In this document: positions 30,163 to 41,065 of the stretch, piece after piece
Position numbering within the stretch: the stretch's first letter is position 1
Layout of the letters: every line of letters starts with the position of its first letter
Made by a program: the position numbers and the translations under genes
Notes under the pieces: model-generated
Databases searched by the model: none
The model's input: the letters and a program-made list of their open reading frames with translations, nothing else
What the model was told of the DNA's origin: nothing
Origin: Nostoc sp. DedSLP01
GTDB lineage: Bacteria > Cyanobacteriota > Cyanobacteriia > Cyanobacteriales > Nostocaceae
Reading direction: 5' to 3'
Assembly (NCBI GenBank): GCA_034530875.2
Contig: JAVRCJ020000002.1
Coordinates: 224,001 to 288,000, forward strand
Length of the DNA stretch: 64,000 nucleotides

Positions 30163-30342
30163 TTACAAGTCCCAAGTAGTCGGAACAATATCACCATTTT
30201 GCAAAATCATAGCAATCGGCAAGACTGGGCTAGGCGTATTTATATACCAATTGCCACTATCTTCATCATAGAACGTATTACCGAGTAAATCTAGGGTTGT
30301 CAGTGCGTTCATAATTAAGTATTGCGCTTCACTCGGTTCCAT
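30163..30342 (-). CDS. Hypothetical acidic protein (59 aa)
   Basis: MEPSEAQYLIMNALTTLDLLGNTFYDEDSGNWYINTPSPVLPIAMILQNGDIVPTTWDL*; not in the ORF track. Confidence 0.65.
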   Translation of the reverse strand: MEPSEAQYLIMNALTTLDLLGNTFYDEDSGNWYINTPSPVLPIAMILQNGDIVPTTWDL

Positions 30343-30605
30343 CAGGAATTACTCTACAAATGGGTTTTAGCAATTCTTAAGGAAAGAGAAAGTATTTCCC
30401 AAGTCCTAGTAAATAATATATAGTAATCGGCTGAGATTGTTTAACTTACTTGGCTTACTAGCTAGAAACGCGATTAACCATTGTCTTTACGGGAATGGCT
30501 AAGAAGCTTTTCGAGTTAGAAAAAATCAAATACAAATCTTATAAAATAGAAGTAATAGTTTGCAATTACGTAAGTAAGTGGACGTCAGCAATCAAACAAA
30601 GTCAG

Positions 30606-30634
30606 GAAACAATTAAACTAATTTGGCGTCATTA
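30606..30634 (+). promoter_or_regulatory. Putative ECF (SigG-like) promoter
   Basis: GAAAC-N17-GTCATTA. Confidence 0.55.
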
Positions 30635-30787
30635 AGAGTCTTTTACCTTCTATTTAGTAACGCACATTAGTACAATAAAAATTCTCAGGAGCAATATCTT
30701 TGATGGGCTATGCCAACGCATATACTCTACATCAAAAAAGTACTTCTGCCTCCGGAATATGCCTAAAGTCACGTTCGATAATATTCT

Positions 30788-30816
30788 GAAACAAACTCAG
30801 TAAACCCTCGTCATTA
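30788..30816 (+). promoter_or_regulatory. Putative ECF (SigG-like) promoter
   Basis: GAAAC-N17-GTCATTA ending 32 nt before ATG 30849. Confidence 0.6.
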
Positions 30817-30848
30817 CAGATACCACACATATTAAGGTCAACTTACCT

Positions 30849-31532
30849 ATGACTCATCTACATCAATTGAAATCTGGAACTGCTGCACTCATGGCAATGG
30901 CTGTTACTGCCAGTGTCATTAGCCCCATGATTCCTTTTGCTCCTGCTAACGCACAATACAATAGCGGGCAATATGGAAGCGTTACAATTCCTTCTGGAGT
31001 CAATTTACCTGTTAAGTACGAAAAAGAAACAATTACTATTGCTCCTGGGGAAAGTAAATCCATAACCTTGAGAATAGCAAATGATATTATCGACAGGAAT
31101 AGAAATGTCTTGATTCCCGCTGGTACTAAAGTAATTGGACGTTTAGAACCTGTTGACCTAGATGGTTATTCAACAGAGGATGATAACAAAGGGAAAGGCG
31201 TCCGATTTGTAGCCCAAGAATTAGAATTTTCTAACGGCCGCCGTCTGTCAATTAATGCAACTTCTCGCACATACACTACAACTCAAAAAGTTAAACAAGG
31301 ACCTAGCACTGGTCAAGTCTTAACTGATGCAGGTATTGGTGCTGGTGCTGGTCTTTTGGGTTCGCTAGTTACTGGCAATAGCAAAATTGATGATTTAAAA
31401 CCTGTGATTGGCGCGGCTGCGGGTGCAGGAGCAAGTGTCCTATTGCGGAAAAAAGAAACAAATGCTTTCGTGATCAGACCTGCACAAGATTTGAGGCTGA
31501 CACTAAATTCTAATTTGACCCTATCCCGCTAA
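30849..31532 (+). CDS. Secreted protein with TrbI/VirB10-like beta domain and glycine-zipper hairpin
   Basis: Signal peptide; VLIPAGTKVIGRL motif; GAGAGLLG...GAAAGAG; paralog of the C-terminal half of the next gene. Confidence 0.7.
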   Translation: MTHLHQLKSGTAALMAMAVTASVISPMIPFAPANAQYNSGQYGSVTIPSGVNLPVKYEKETITIAPGESKSITLRIANDIIDRNRNVLIPAGTKVIGRLEPVDLDGYSTEDDNKGKGVRFVAQELEFSNGRRLSINATSRTYTTTQKVKQGPSTGQVLTDAGIGAGAGLLGSLVTGNSKIDDLKPVIGAAAGAGASVLLRKKETNAFVIRPAQDLRLTLNSNLTLSR

Positions 31533-31837
31533 TAGGTTTAACTTTATTCAAGTCGTGACTTTAATCATTATCCATAGGCGATCGCACACTATATTGAAGG
31601 TGGCGATCGCCTTCATTTTTCAGCCTAAAAAATTTATTTTCACGCAACTATTCCATCTCTATATCGTCTTACTGCATATTCAGAATTTTATAGACATTTA
31701 TTTAATAGCGTTAACCGATAAAAGCCCAATCGGGCTATTACTTATTGCCTAATTTTTGAAAACCGTTTTGCAATTTTGATTATGTGTTTTAACTATATTT
31801 TCGAGGTATTTTTTCTGACAGAAAATCTAAAGTGACA

Positions 31838-31865
31838 GGAACATAAAAAGTTAGAAAGTGTCTAA
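31838..31865 (+). promoter_or_regulatory. Putative ECF (SigG-like) promoter
   Basis: GGAAC-N17-GTCTAA ending 42 nt before ATG 31908. Confidence 0.62.
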
Positions 31866-31907
31866 TTAATTAACAGTAAATAAATAATTGTAGAGGAATA
31901 AAAAGTA

Positions 31908-33149
31908 ATGTTTACTTTAAATCGTTGGCAATCTGGAACAGCTGCACTCATGGCTTTAAGCGTTACAGTTGGAACTGTAGCACCCTTCGTTACAGCTGCA
32001 CCTTCTTTTGCTCAAACTACTTTTTCTGATGTTTCATCTAATTATTGGGCAGCACCATTTATTCAAGAATTATCACAACGAGGTGTAATTGCCGGATTTC
32101 CTGATGGTAGTTTCCGCCCTGAAGAAGCAGTAACACGCGCTCAATTTGCTGCTATGGTCAACAAAGCTTTCCAAAAAGCACAACAGCGATCGCCAATCAG
32201 TTTTACTGACGTACCTAGCAACTATTGGGCAGCCAGTGCTATTGGGCAAGCTTATACCATTGGTTTCTTATCAGGATATCCCGGCAATCGCTTTGAGCCT
32301 AACCAAGCTATTCCCCGCCAACAGGTTTTAGTTTCCCTCGCTAACGGTCTGGAATATAGTGCCAGTGGTAATATCGAAAGCACCCTGCAATACTTCAACG
32401 ATGCTTCTAACATTGCTAGCTACGCCCGTAGTCCGATTGCAGCCGCAACTGAGAAGCAAATTGTAGTGAACTATCCAAATGTGAAGTTCCTGAATCCAAC
32501 TGCAACCGCCACTCGCGCCCAAGTAGCAGCTTTTATTTATCAAGCACTGGTTAGTTCTAATCAAGCCTCAGCAATTAATTCGCCCTACATCGTAGCTCTT
32601 GGGTCTAATACTCCAATACCTGTAGCTGTGACAATTCCTCAAGGGACTACTATCCCTGTGAAGTATGACAAAGCAGAAAAAATTCTGGTCACCAAGGACG
32701 AAACAGCACCTTTGACACTGACAGTATCCCAAAACGTGGTTACGCAAGATGGATCTGTAGTCATTCCTGCTGGTAGTCAAGTTATCGGTCAACTTAAACC
32801 TGCCACAGGCGGTTCTCAATTCGTTGCTGAAAAACTAGTTTTGACCTCAGGTCAAGAATATCAACTCAACGCTAGTTCTGAAGTGATTACCAAAACCGAA
32901 AGCGTCAAAAAGGGTACTAGCGTCGGATCGATCGTTCAGAATACCGTGTTGGGCGCAGGAGCCGCCGCTGCGGTATCTGCTGTCACAGGCGATCGCGCTA
33001 TTGCCACAGAAGAAGTCTTGGGTGGTGCTGGCATTGGAGCGTTGATTGGTCTATTCTTCGGTCGCAATAGTGTTGACTTAATTGCAATTGACCCAGACAC
33101 CGATTTACAAATGACAGTCAATCAAAACTTGTTGGTTTCGCTGAGATAG
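31908..33149 (+). CDS. S-layer homology (3x SLH) protein with C-terminal TrbI-like/glycine-zipper domain
   Basis: FSDVSSNYWA, GFPDGSFRPEEAVTRAQFA, ATRAQVAAF; VVIPAGSQVIGQL. Confidence 0.9.
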   Translation: MFTLNRWQSGTAALMALSVTVGTVAPFVTAAPSFAQTTFSDVSSNYWAAPFIQELSQRGVIAGFPDGSFRPEEAVTRAQFAAMVNKAFQKAQQRSPISFTDVPSNYWAASAIGQAYTIGFLSGYPGNRFEPNQAIPRQQVLVSLANGLEYSASGNIESTLQYFNDASNIASYARSPIAAATEKQIVVNYPNVKFLNPTATATRAQVAAFIYQALVSSNQASAINSPYIVALGSNTPIPVAVTIPQGTTIPVKYDKAEKILVTKDETAPLTLTVSQNVVTQDGSVVIPAGSQVIGQLKPATGGSQFVAEKLVLTSGQEYQLNASSEVITKTESVKKGTSVGSIVQNTVLGAGAAAAVSAVTGDRAIATEEVLGGAGIGALIGLFFGRNSVDLIAIDPDTDLQMTVNQNLLVSLR

Positions 33150-33204
33150 TCATTAGTTATTAGTCATTAGTCATTAGTCATCAGTATTTACAAAGGACAA
33201 ATGA

Positions 33205-34551
33205 CTATTTCTCAACTTGGGGCAACCAAATAATAAATGTAGTTCCCGGTCTATTGGGTGAAGTTAATTTAGAATTAATTGCAGGGCTGAAAACTTCGAT
33301 TTCGCCCTGCATTTGCTCTATTAACTGTTTAGCGATCGCTAATCCCAAACCTGTACCGGGAATTTCTGTTTGCGCTTGTACGCCCCGGTAATGCCGTTCT
33401 CCAAGATGCTCTAAATCTTCGGGTGGAATGCCAGGGCCGTTGTCTGTGATGACTATTCCTTGAAAATTACCTTTTTGTTGCCCAGCCTGGATTAAAATTT
33501 TCCCGCCAGCAGGAGTGTATTTCAATGCATTATCGATGATGTTATTTAACACTTCTCGTAATGCCTTGATATTGGCACGTACTAAGGGTAAATTCTGCTT
33601 AAATTCAGTTATTAACTTTAACTTTCGCTCTTGTGCTATTGCTTTAGCTGATATTAATAATGGTTCCAATATATCTGCTAGCGAGCATTCAACTGCTTTA
33701 TCTCCGCTTCCCGGCAATAATAGAGGCGGTTTCGCATCTTTTTCCACGGTTGCTTCTACAAATACTTCATTAGGTAGATGCAATGGCGCTAAATCTGCCT
33801 CTGTTAAATCGATTACTTGCTCAAATTGTTGCAGTAATTCTTGAAGGCGATCGCTTTCTCGCACGATACTATTTGCCACATCCCGATTAGCGTCTGCCGG
33901 TCTCAATCGCTTTAACAAAAGTTTACCAAAAGTCCGTAATGCTGTTAATGGATTACGAAACTGATGCAACAGGTTATCTAACAAATCCTGTTGTTTTTCT
34001 TGGAGAATTTGTTGTTCGTGTAACTGGTGCTGTAACCATGCTCGTCGCTGATCTAAGATACAAGCGATCGCCAATGTTTGGGCTACGTGTTGAATTTGGC
34101 TTTGCTCGTGTTCGTTCCATTCGCGGTCTTTCCTACCAGTCACCAGTAAACCCATCATCACACCCTCGTACACTAGAGGTAAAACGATTTGGTTACCGCT
34201 TAGTAAATATTCCTCTTGTAAATGAGGTTGAGATGTACCAGGCATCCCAGAATCCGATGAAGAGGTTGGAGATTCCGAGCCTGAGGTTAATAACTTTTGC
34301 TGGCGATCGGGCAATACCAATAAATTACCAACTTGAAGCTGCTTAGGTATTGTGGCAGCATCCTCTGCTGGGGGTAATAATGCTGTTTCTGGGTAAACCA
34401 TCACAGGAATCAGTTTTGCCTCACCAGAAGGAGTTTCTACTAATTCTTGTGTTAGGTACACAATACTTAGAGTTGCTCCCAGCCCTTGGGCCAGCAGTGC
34501 TATTTGCTCTCGGCACAGAGCAAGAAAATCAGAACTGGCAGACATTAACAT
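33205..34551 (-). CDS. hik2: GAF sensor histidine kinase, Hik2/chloroplast sensor kinase (CSK) type
   Basis: SSDFLALCREQ N-terminus, TLAIACILDQR, LLHQFRNPLTALRTFGKLL H-box. Confidence 0.8.
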   Translation of the reverse strand: MLMSASSDFLALCREQIALLAQGLGATLSIVYLTQELVETPSGEAKLIPVMVYPETALLPPAEDAATIPKQLQVGNLLVLPDRQQKLLTSGSESPTSSSDSGMPGTSQPHLQEEYLLSGNQIVLPLVYEGVMMGLLVTGRKDREWNEHEQSQIQHVAQTLAIACILDQRRAWLQHQLHEQQILQEKQQDLLDNLLHQFRNPLTALRTFGKLLLKRLRPADANRDVANSIVRESDRLQELLQQFEQVIDLTEADLAPLHLPNEVFVEATVEKDAKPPLLLPGSGDKAVECSLADILEPLLISAKAIAQERKLKLITEFKQNLPLVRANIKALREVLNNIIDNALKYTPAGGKILIQAGQQKGNFQGIVITDNGPGIPPEDLEHLGERHYRGVQAQTEIPGTGLGLAIAKQLIEQMQGEIEVFSPAINSKLTSPNRPGTTFIIWLPQVEK

Positions 34552-34837
34552 TTTTTACTCTTGCTCAATATTACGGATTTTGAGGCATCATTAAGGGAGG
34601 ATTGTTAGTTTTTACCTCATTCTTTTAATACAGCTTAACTAAAATCTTCTAAGTAGTGTTTTCTACCTAGAGATTATATTTTTAGCAAGTTTCGTTTTAT
34701 ATATACTTCTAAAGATATTAATTTTATTGCATCAAAAGTTAAAAAACTATTGATTTTTAGATTTAGAACTTTTATAATTACGACGGATTTTGTAGCTATC
34801 ACTACAATCTGTAAGCTTGAAAGAGGAGGACAATAGG

Positions 34838-35155
34838 TTGGCAAGGAGACGCAAAAGAAAAAGTCGTCGTCGTCAAGAAGGACGGCGGATTCTGGAACAT
34901 GTGCCTCAATATAGCATCGAAAGTGGCGAAGAAAAACCTGTGACAGCAGCCAGAAGGTTCATTCAAGCTGAAGGTATCTTGCCACCGGCGTTGCTACTCG
35001 TAAAGCGAAACGAACACACTACAGACCGTTATTTCTGGGCAGAAAAGGGACTGTTTGGTGCTCAATACGTAGAAGAAAACCATTTCTTGTTTCCCAGCCT
35101 GAGGACTCTAGAAGCTCCTACAGGTCAAGAAGCCCTTGCTTTAGCTACTCGTTGA
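34838..35155 (+). CDS. DUF3155-family conserved cyanobacterial protein
   Basis: ARRRKRKSRRRQEGRRILE...DRYFWAEKGLFGAQY; TTG start with GGAGGA SD. Confidence 0.8.
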   Translation: MARRRKRKSRRRQEGRRILEHVPQYSIESGEEKPVTAARRFIQAEGILPPALLLVKRNEHTTDRYFWAEKGLFGAQYVEENHFLFPSLRTLEAPTGQEALALATR

Positions 35156-35602
35156 TAAATGGCTCATCTCAGACATTGAATGTGGCTCCTGACTATAAAT
35201 TAACTGGCAAAATTGCTAAGTTTACGCAAAATTTAATTTTTTTTTAGTTTGTAGGTGATTTGCCAGTAACCCTAGTCCAGGTAATCGGAAAGTCAACTGG
35301 TCTTCAACCATGCTAAATTGCAAGGCTTGGTACTAGTTTTGGATGATGTACGAGCAGTGGATACAGAGCCAAGCGCCTCTAAAAGCGCTAGTGAAGTTGC
35401 GCTCTTATCCACATGATTGTTTAACAAAGCTCTGTCAACAAATTTAAGTTAATGAATTTAAATTTTTTCCCATAACTTTTGTTGTGGGATAACTGACAAA
35501 GCGGCAGTCTTGATTTCCTGCTTACTGGTTTCCATTACCTTAATAGGTCAGGTCAGAAATCTGCATATCATAAAGTTAAGGGATAGCGATATAAACCAAC
35601 TA

Positions 35603-36133
35603 TTACTCACCAGCCTTTAACTGTAGAGTCCTCCGTAACTCAGTGAGTTCGTCTCGATGGGCAACTACAGTGATATTGCTTGAGGGGGTTTGTTTGCTCT
35701 GAGTTGTTTCTACCTTGAGCAACACCTTCTCAAGTCTTCCAGATTTTTTCCAATAAAATAGACCACTCAAAGGCGACAGCAGTACCAAAGCAAAAGTAAA
35801 GCTACTGAAGCTAGGAAAAAGTAAGGACAGCACCAGTGATAGGCAAACAAGACCGCTAGCTGCCAGTAGAGTGAGAAATATAGCTAGGAACCAGCTGGGG
35901 CGAACATAACCTGCAAAAGTGACTTGGTTTTGTTCTCGGTCTACCGCTGCCACTCGGTAAGACCGCGATTGGAAATACTCTTTTAATTGAGACATCAAAC
36001 CAGCTTCGTCTTGTTCGGATACCAAGTGCGCTATTTCTGTCCGGTCTTTAGTAGAAGCACGAATAAAGAAAAACAGCCCAACCGATAACAGCAAGGTTAG
36101 CAGCAACGTAGATGGCAGAATAGGAGTATCCAT
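35603..36133 (-). CDS. ccb1: Cofactor assembly of complex C subunit B (CCB1/DUF3529)
   Basis: GLFFFIRASTKDRT, FYWKK..R.E, AHRDEL. Confidence 0.85.
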   Translation of the reverse strand: MDTPILPSTLLLTLLLSVGLFFFIRASTKDRTEIAHLVSEQDEAGLMSQLKEYFQSRSYRVAAVDREQNQVTFAGYVRPSWFLAIFLTLLAASGLVCLSLVLSLLFPSFSSFTFALVLLSPLSGLFYWKKSGRLEKVLLKVETTQSKQTPSSNITVVAHRDELTELRRTLQLKAGE

Positions 36134-36186
36134 AACTAATTGTTATTCTTCGCTGGAGGAGACTTATTCATTATCAATTATTCGTG

Positions 36187-36534
36187 TTACTTTGTTCGCT
36201 GGTTAATGTAGTCTTGCCAAAGAGAAGCTAAATCCTGCGCTGGCCCTTGCCATTCTGGAGAAACTTGGTACATTCGCCTTGGGCGTCCTCGTCCATCGAG
36301 CTTTTTCCAATATCCATTAATTGCCCTTTCGTCTTCCAGAAACTTAATTGCACTATAAAGTACAGTATCCGAAAGCCTATAAGTGGGATATTCAGTTTCT
36401 AATCTTTGGATTAACTCAGTTCCGTAGGATTCACCTTCTAACAAAATAGACAGTATGTAACAAACTGCTAATTCCTGACAAAGGTAAGTTGGCGGAGGAT
36501 TTTCAAAGAATTGATATATATCCTCAAGTTTCAT
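36187..36534 (-). CDS. pex: Pex circadian period extender (PadR family)
   Basis: FFENPPPTYLCQELAVCYIL, YRLSDTVLY, GRGRPRRMY. Confidence 0.9.
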   Translation of the reverse strand: MKLEDIYQFFENPPPTYLCQELAVCYILSILLEGESYGTELIQRLETEYPTYRLSDTVLYSAIKFLEDERAINGYWKKLDGRGRPRRMYQVSPEWQGPAQDLASLWQDYINQRTK

Positions 36535-37265
36535 GGTTAGTGAATGGCTAAAAAAATGCCTTATGGTAAGGTCTACAATCCTCGTAGCCAGTATATAGCG
36601 CTACTCTTAAATGAGTAATATCTATAAAGCTACTTAAGCTATATTTCCAAAGCAAAAACACCAAATGATGACCCACTACTGTGAAAGTTGTGGGACTAGT
36701 TTATGAGTTTTAAGTTACAGGAGAGCCTATTCCCGCCTAAACTAAATCAGGTATGGTGAGGAGGGAATAAACAGTGCTTAGATCGCTGTTTTGGTGTTAA
36801 GCGATGCTGAGTTGGTTAGAACTGCTTAAGCAATAAGATGCCATCGAAAAAATTTTACAGTTAAAATGCAATTTTGTCTGTAGAACTTAATAAACACTTT
36901 GTTTTAGAGTGAATTTTCCAGTGCAAATTTTAAATATTTAAGTTAAATAATATGTCTAAATTCAAACTGTTAAGCCTGTGCACACACCTGGGCAGTAATT
37001 ATTGCTGATTTTTTACACTTGAGATCCTGCGGTGCTATCTGGTAAATGTGATAGTAAATTTATCAAAAACAGCCAAAGGAGAGGGAAAGAAAACAAACAC
37101 ACGAGTAAATCCTCTTAGTGAGGAGTAGGGTATAGATAGACAAGGCGACAAGGAGAATAACTCATGTACAGACAAGAGTTAATCGCGTCTCTAACTAACT
37201 CCTAACTCTTCATTCTTCACTTCTAACTCCTAACTCTTTACTCTCACTGAGCATGGTAATTCAGT

Positions 37266-37844
37266 ATGTCACAAACTCCAGATGCCCCATCATCTTCCTC
37301 TAACCTCCGGGCAATTGCCCAAACCTTTCGCCTTGCTGGTTGGATTAGCTTTTGGATTCAGCTAGTACTAGGCGTTATTTCTGCGATAATTGTGTTGCTA
37401 TTCGGCATCTTTAATCAAAGAGCGGGCAGTCCTAGTAATAACCCTGGGACTGGTTTTGGCGTATTTTTAGCAGTTTGTGGATTGGTTGTTTTGGGTGTGG
37501 GCATTTATTTGGCTTACCGTTACACCAGAATTGGCAGACAGTTGGAATCTTCTAATCCCAGCAACCGCCCTCGTAAAAGTGAGACTGTACAAGTATTACG
37601 CTTAGGATTGTGGGTAAATTTAGGGGGAACTTTGGTAACTCTTTTGGGAGCGCAGGCGATCGTTGGTACGCTGGTAGCAAGATCTATATCTCCCCAAGCG
37701 ATAACTACCCAATTTTTCGATCCTACCCGAATTATTAGCGGTTTAGATATGCTTGTTGTCCAAGCAAATACTAATACTGTATCAGCTCATTTTGCAGGGC
37801 TTGTGGCATCGCTTTGGTTACTCAATCGTATAAATAAGCCGTAG
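37266..37844 (+). CDS. DUF3611 (Tic21/PIC1-like) membrane protein
   Basis: GWISFWIQLVLGVIS, LDMLVVQANTNTVSAHF. Confidence 0.85.
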   Translation: MSQTPDAPSSSSNLRAIAQTFRLAGWISFWIQLVLGVISAIIVLLFGIFNQRAGSPSNNPGTGFGVFLAVCGLVVLGVGIYLAYRYTRIGRQLESSNPSNRPRKSETVQVLRLGLWVNLGGTLVTLLGAQAIVGTLVARSISPQAITTQFFDPTRIISGLDMLVVQANTNTVSAHFAGLVASLWLLNRINKP

Positions 37845-38440
37845 AAAAATAAATTTTAATGCAAACTTTTAGCTAAAAATCTATACTTCTTAAGGCTGAT
37901 TTTATTGTGTACTTTCCTCTCATTTTGGAAAGTCATATCGCAAATAATTTAAATGTCCTTGTCGTGCTTTTCCTAAATTTTCAAAGTACAGCGTGTAGAG
38001 TAACATCAGTTGCTTAAATTAACATCCACCGAAAAGCTGATATCAGAAAATTTTATCATGTGAAATTAACTGGATTGAAGGTTTTAATACTATGAATAAA
38101 CTAGAAATTTAGAAATCTGGTACACAAGTATTTTTTAGTACACTAATGATTGGATTGTGTAGTTATTTAATTTTTATCGATCGCCAAAATAACCAAAACT
38201 AATCACTCTACTGGAGTGGTTTATCGGGCGTACTTGCCCATTGGTTACCCTTACTTGCAAATACTCAGTACTCCACAAAGTCAGATGACTAACACTAAAC
38301 TTTGATTTTAAATTTTTCTAGCCCTAGCAAGATTGGCACAGCGAGATTTTTATGTTTGCTTTTCTGGTCACAGCAAGGCAAAATCAGTATATGCTGGGGT
38401 GTTGGCAGGAAGATAATAGGCTAAAAACTGAGAAAAATCT

Positions 38441-39721
38441 GTGCTGGATATCAAGCAAATACGGGAAAATCCCCAATTAGTTCAAGAACGATTGAACAGT
38501 CGTAGTGGTAAATACGACATTGAACCGATATTACAGTTAGACCGAAAACAACGGGAATTAGAGGGCACGCGCAGTCAACTCCAAGCCCGTAGTAACGAAA
38601 TTGGTAAAATTGTCGGTCAAAAGCTCAAATCTGGTATCGATGCTCAAGACCCAGAAATCCAAGCGTTGCGGGACGAAGGTAACACTATCAAAGCTAGATT
38701 GAGCGAACTCGAACCCCAGGAAAAAGACCTCAAAGCTGAAATTGCCCAGCTTGTTTTAGCACTTCCCAACTTACCAAGCGACTCTACACCCATTGGCAAG
38801 AGTGAGGAAGATAATGTAGAAGTGCGGCGTTGGGGTGATGAGTATATTCCCCAAAACCCGAATATTCTCCCTCATTGGGAAATCGCTGAAAAGCTAGGTA
38901 TTCTCAATGTTGAGCGAGCTGTCAAAGTTGCCCAAAGTCGCTTTGTGGCATTGATAGGCGCTGGCGCAGCACTGGAGAGGGCATTAATTCAATTTATGCT
39001 GAGTGTCCATACTCAAGCTGGCTATGTGGAAGTTAGCCCACCGCTATTGGTGAATACTGACTCTTTGACGGCGACCGGTCAGTTACCTAAGTTTGCTGAA
39101 GAAAGTTTTAAATGCGCTGATGATGACTTGTGGCTGATTCCCACAGCAGAAGTTCCAGTTACTAACCTCTATCGGGGCGAAATTCTGACTGCGGAAGATT
39201 TACCTATATACCACTGTGCTTATACTCCCTGTTTTCGCCGAGAGGCTGGGAGTTATGGGCGCGATATGCGGGGTTTAATTCGCCTGCATCAATTCAATAA
39301 AGTGGAACTGGTGAAATTTGTCGAACCCAGCAGTTCTTTTGACGAACTAGAAAAATTAGTGGGGAGTGCAGAAGCAATTTTACAAGCTTTGCAGTTGCCT
39401 TATCGAGTCGTAAATCTCAGTACGGGGGATTTGGGATTTGGTTCTGCCAAAACTTACGATTTAGAGGTTTGGTTGCCTTCTTCTGGCAAATACCGCGAAA
39501 TTTCCAGCTGTTCTAATACTAGGGATTTTCAGGCGCGACGGGCTGATATTCGTTTCAAAGAAGCAGGGAAGAAAGGCACTCAGTTTGTGCATACTCTCAA
39601 CGGTTCCGGCTTGGCTGTGGGACGAACAATGGCAGCAATTTTGGAGAATTATCAACAACCCGACGGGACAGTAAAGATACCAGAGGCGCTGCAACCATAC
39701 TTGGGGCGGGAAGTACTGTAA
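38441..39721 (+). CDS. serS: Seryl-tRNA synthetase
   Basis: [39 protein letters not shown]. Confidence 0.98.
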   Translation: MLDIKQIRENPQLVQERLNSRSGKYDIEPILQLDRKQRELEGTRSQLQARSNEIGKIVGQKLKSGIDAQDPEIQALRDEGNTIKARLSELEPQEKDLKAEIAQLVLALPNLPSDSTPIGKSEEDNVEVRRWGDEYIPQNPNILPHWEIAEKLGILNVERAVKVAQSRFVALIGAGAALERALIQFMLSVHTQAGYVEVSPPLLVNTDSLTATGQLPKFAEESFKCADDDLWLIPTAEVPVTNLYRGEILTAEDLPIYHCAYTPCFRREAGSYGRDMRGLIRLHQFNKVELVKFVEPSSSFDELEKLVGSAEAILQALQLPYRVVNLSTGDLGFGSAKTYDLEVWLPSSGKYREISSCSNTRDFQARRADIRFKEAGKKGTQFVHTLNGSGLAVGRTMAAILENYQQPDGTVKIPEALQPYLGREVL

Positions 39722-39930
39722 TTAGTCATTGGTCATTGGTCATTAATCAAAACTCTTCGGCTAGGGAAAAGGGGAAAGGTTAAAGGGAAAAGGAGGGATC
39801 TTCCCTTTGCCCCTTGCCCTTTCACATTGTCCCCTGTGCCCCTCTACCTCTTACGCCCCATGCCCAATGCCCAATGCCCAATTAGAATGGGAATAAGTAT
39901 ATAGCTTAAATATCTTCACTAATTTGCTCT

Positions 39931-41031
39931 ATGTCAGTTTTAGCAGCGATCGCAGTCTTGGCTGTTCTGATCTTGGTACACGAGTTGGGACATTTTGTTG
40001 CAGCGCGTTCTCAAGGTATTCTCGTTAACCGTTTTTCTTTGGGTTTTGGCCCGGTTCTTTTTAAGTATCAAGGTTCGCAAACCGAATATGCTGTCCGTGC
40101 TTTTCCCTTGGGCGGCTTTGTGGGCTTCCCGGATGATGACCCCGATAGCGATGTTCCACCCAATGACCCAAATCTGCTGCGTAACCGTCCAATTTTAGAC
40201 CGGGCGATCGTCATCAGTGCCGGAGTGATAGCAAATTTAATATTTGCTTACTTAGTACTGGCTCTGCAATTGGGTATTGTAGGTATTCCAGAGAAATTAA
40301 ACTATAAACCAGGTGTCATCGTACAGCCTGTTAATCAAGAATCCATTGCCTACCAAGCAGGAGTTAGGGAAGGAGATATTATTCTGGCTGTTAACGGTCA
40401 GGAACTTCCTGCTTCTGAAAAATCAACCACTTTGCTGACAAAAGAAATTCAAACTCATCCAAATCAGCAAATCGAACTGAAAATTCAGAGTGAAAATCAA
40501 CAACAATTTGTAAAATTAACACCAAAACTGGCAGCCGATGGCAAAGGTGTAGTAGGTGTGGCACTGAGTCCCAATGCTACAGCAGTTTATCGCCGTCCTA
40601 ATAGTCCTTTTGAAATTTTCGGCATTGCTGCTAACAGGTTTCAACAATTATTTGTGGGAACACTCAGCGGTTTTGGTCAGTTAATTACTAATTTTCAACA
40701 AACTGTAGGACAAGTTTCTGGCCCAGTTAATATAGTCAAAATAGGCGCACAATTAGCTGCCGACAATAGCACAAATTTGTTGTCTTTTGCGGCAATTATC
40801 AGCATTAACTTGGCGATTATTAACATTTTACCATTACCTGCTTTGGATGGCGGACAACTCGCTTTTCTGCTAATTGAAGGTCTGCGCGGTAGACCTGTAC
40901 CTGCTCGGATTCAAGAAGGTGTAATGCAAACTGGTTTGGTGCTACTCTTAGGACTAGGTATTTTTCTAATAGTTAAAGAAACTACTCAATTAACTAGTCA
41001 ATTAGAGTGGGTACAAAAGTTATTCCAGTGA
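39931..41031 (+). CDS. rseP: RIP metalloprotease RseP (M50, PDZ)
   Basis: HELGH, PDZ domain, NILPLPALDGG. Confidence 0.95.
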   Translation: MSVLAAIAVLAVLILVHELGHFVAARSQGILVNRFSLGFGPVLFKYQGSQTEYAVRAFPLGGFVGFPDDDPDSDVPPNDPNLLRNRPILDRAIVISAGVIANLIFAYLVLALQLGIVGIPEKLNYKPGVIVQPVNQESIAYQAGVREGDIILAVNGQELPASEKSTTLLTKEIQTHPNQQIELKIQSENQQQFVKLTPKLAADGKGVVGVALSPNATAVYRRPNSPFEIFGIAANRFQQLFVGTLSGFGQLITNFQQTVGQVSGPVNIVKIGAQLAADNSTNLLSFAAIISINLAIINILPLPALDGGQLAFLLIEGLRGRPVPARIQEGVMQTGLVLLLGLGIFLIVKETTQLTSQLEWVQKLFQ

Positions 41032-41065
41032 GCATCGCTTGAAATTAGGGAGTAGGAAATAAACA

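Noticed and set aside
30751..30756. TCCGGA as a DIF1 promoter for the 30849 gene
   Set aside because: No well-spaced -10 element recognised; a lone hexamer is weak evidence
35405..35413. Perfect DnaA box TTATCCACA as part of oriC
   Set aside because: Only one exact box plus weak variants, and no dnaA/dnaN nearby; not enough support
38212..38276. Hairpin-containing segment upstream of serS as a tRNA or T-box
   Set aside because: No TTCGA T-loop, cloverleaf or T-box consensus visible
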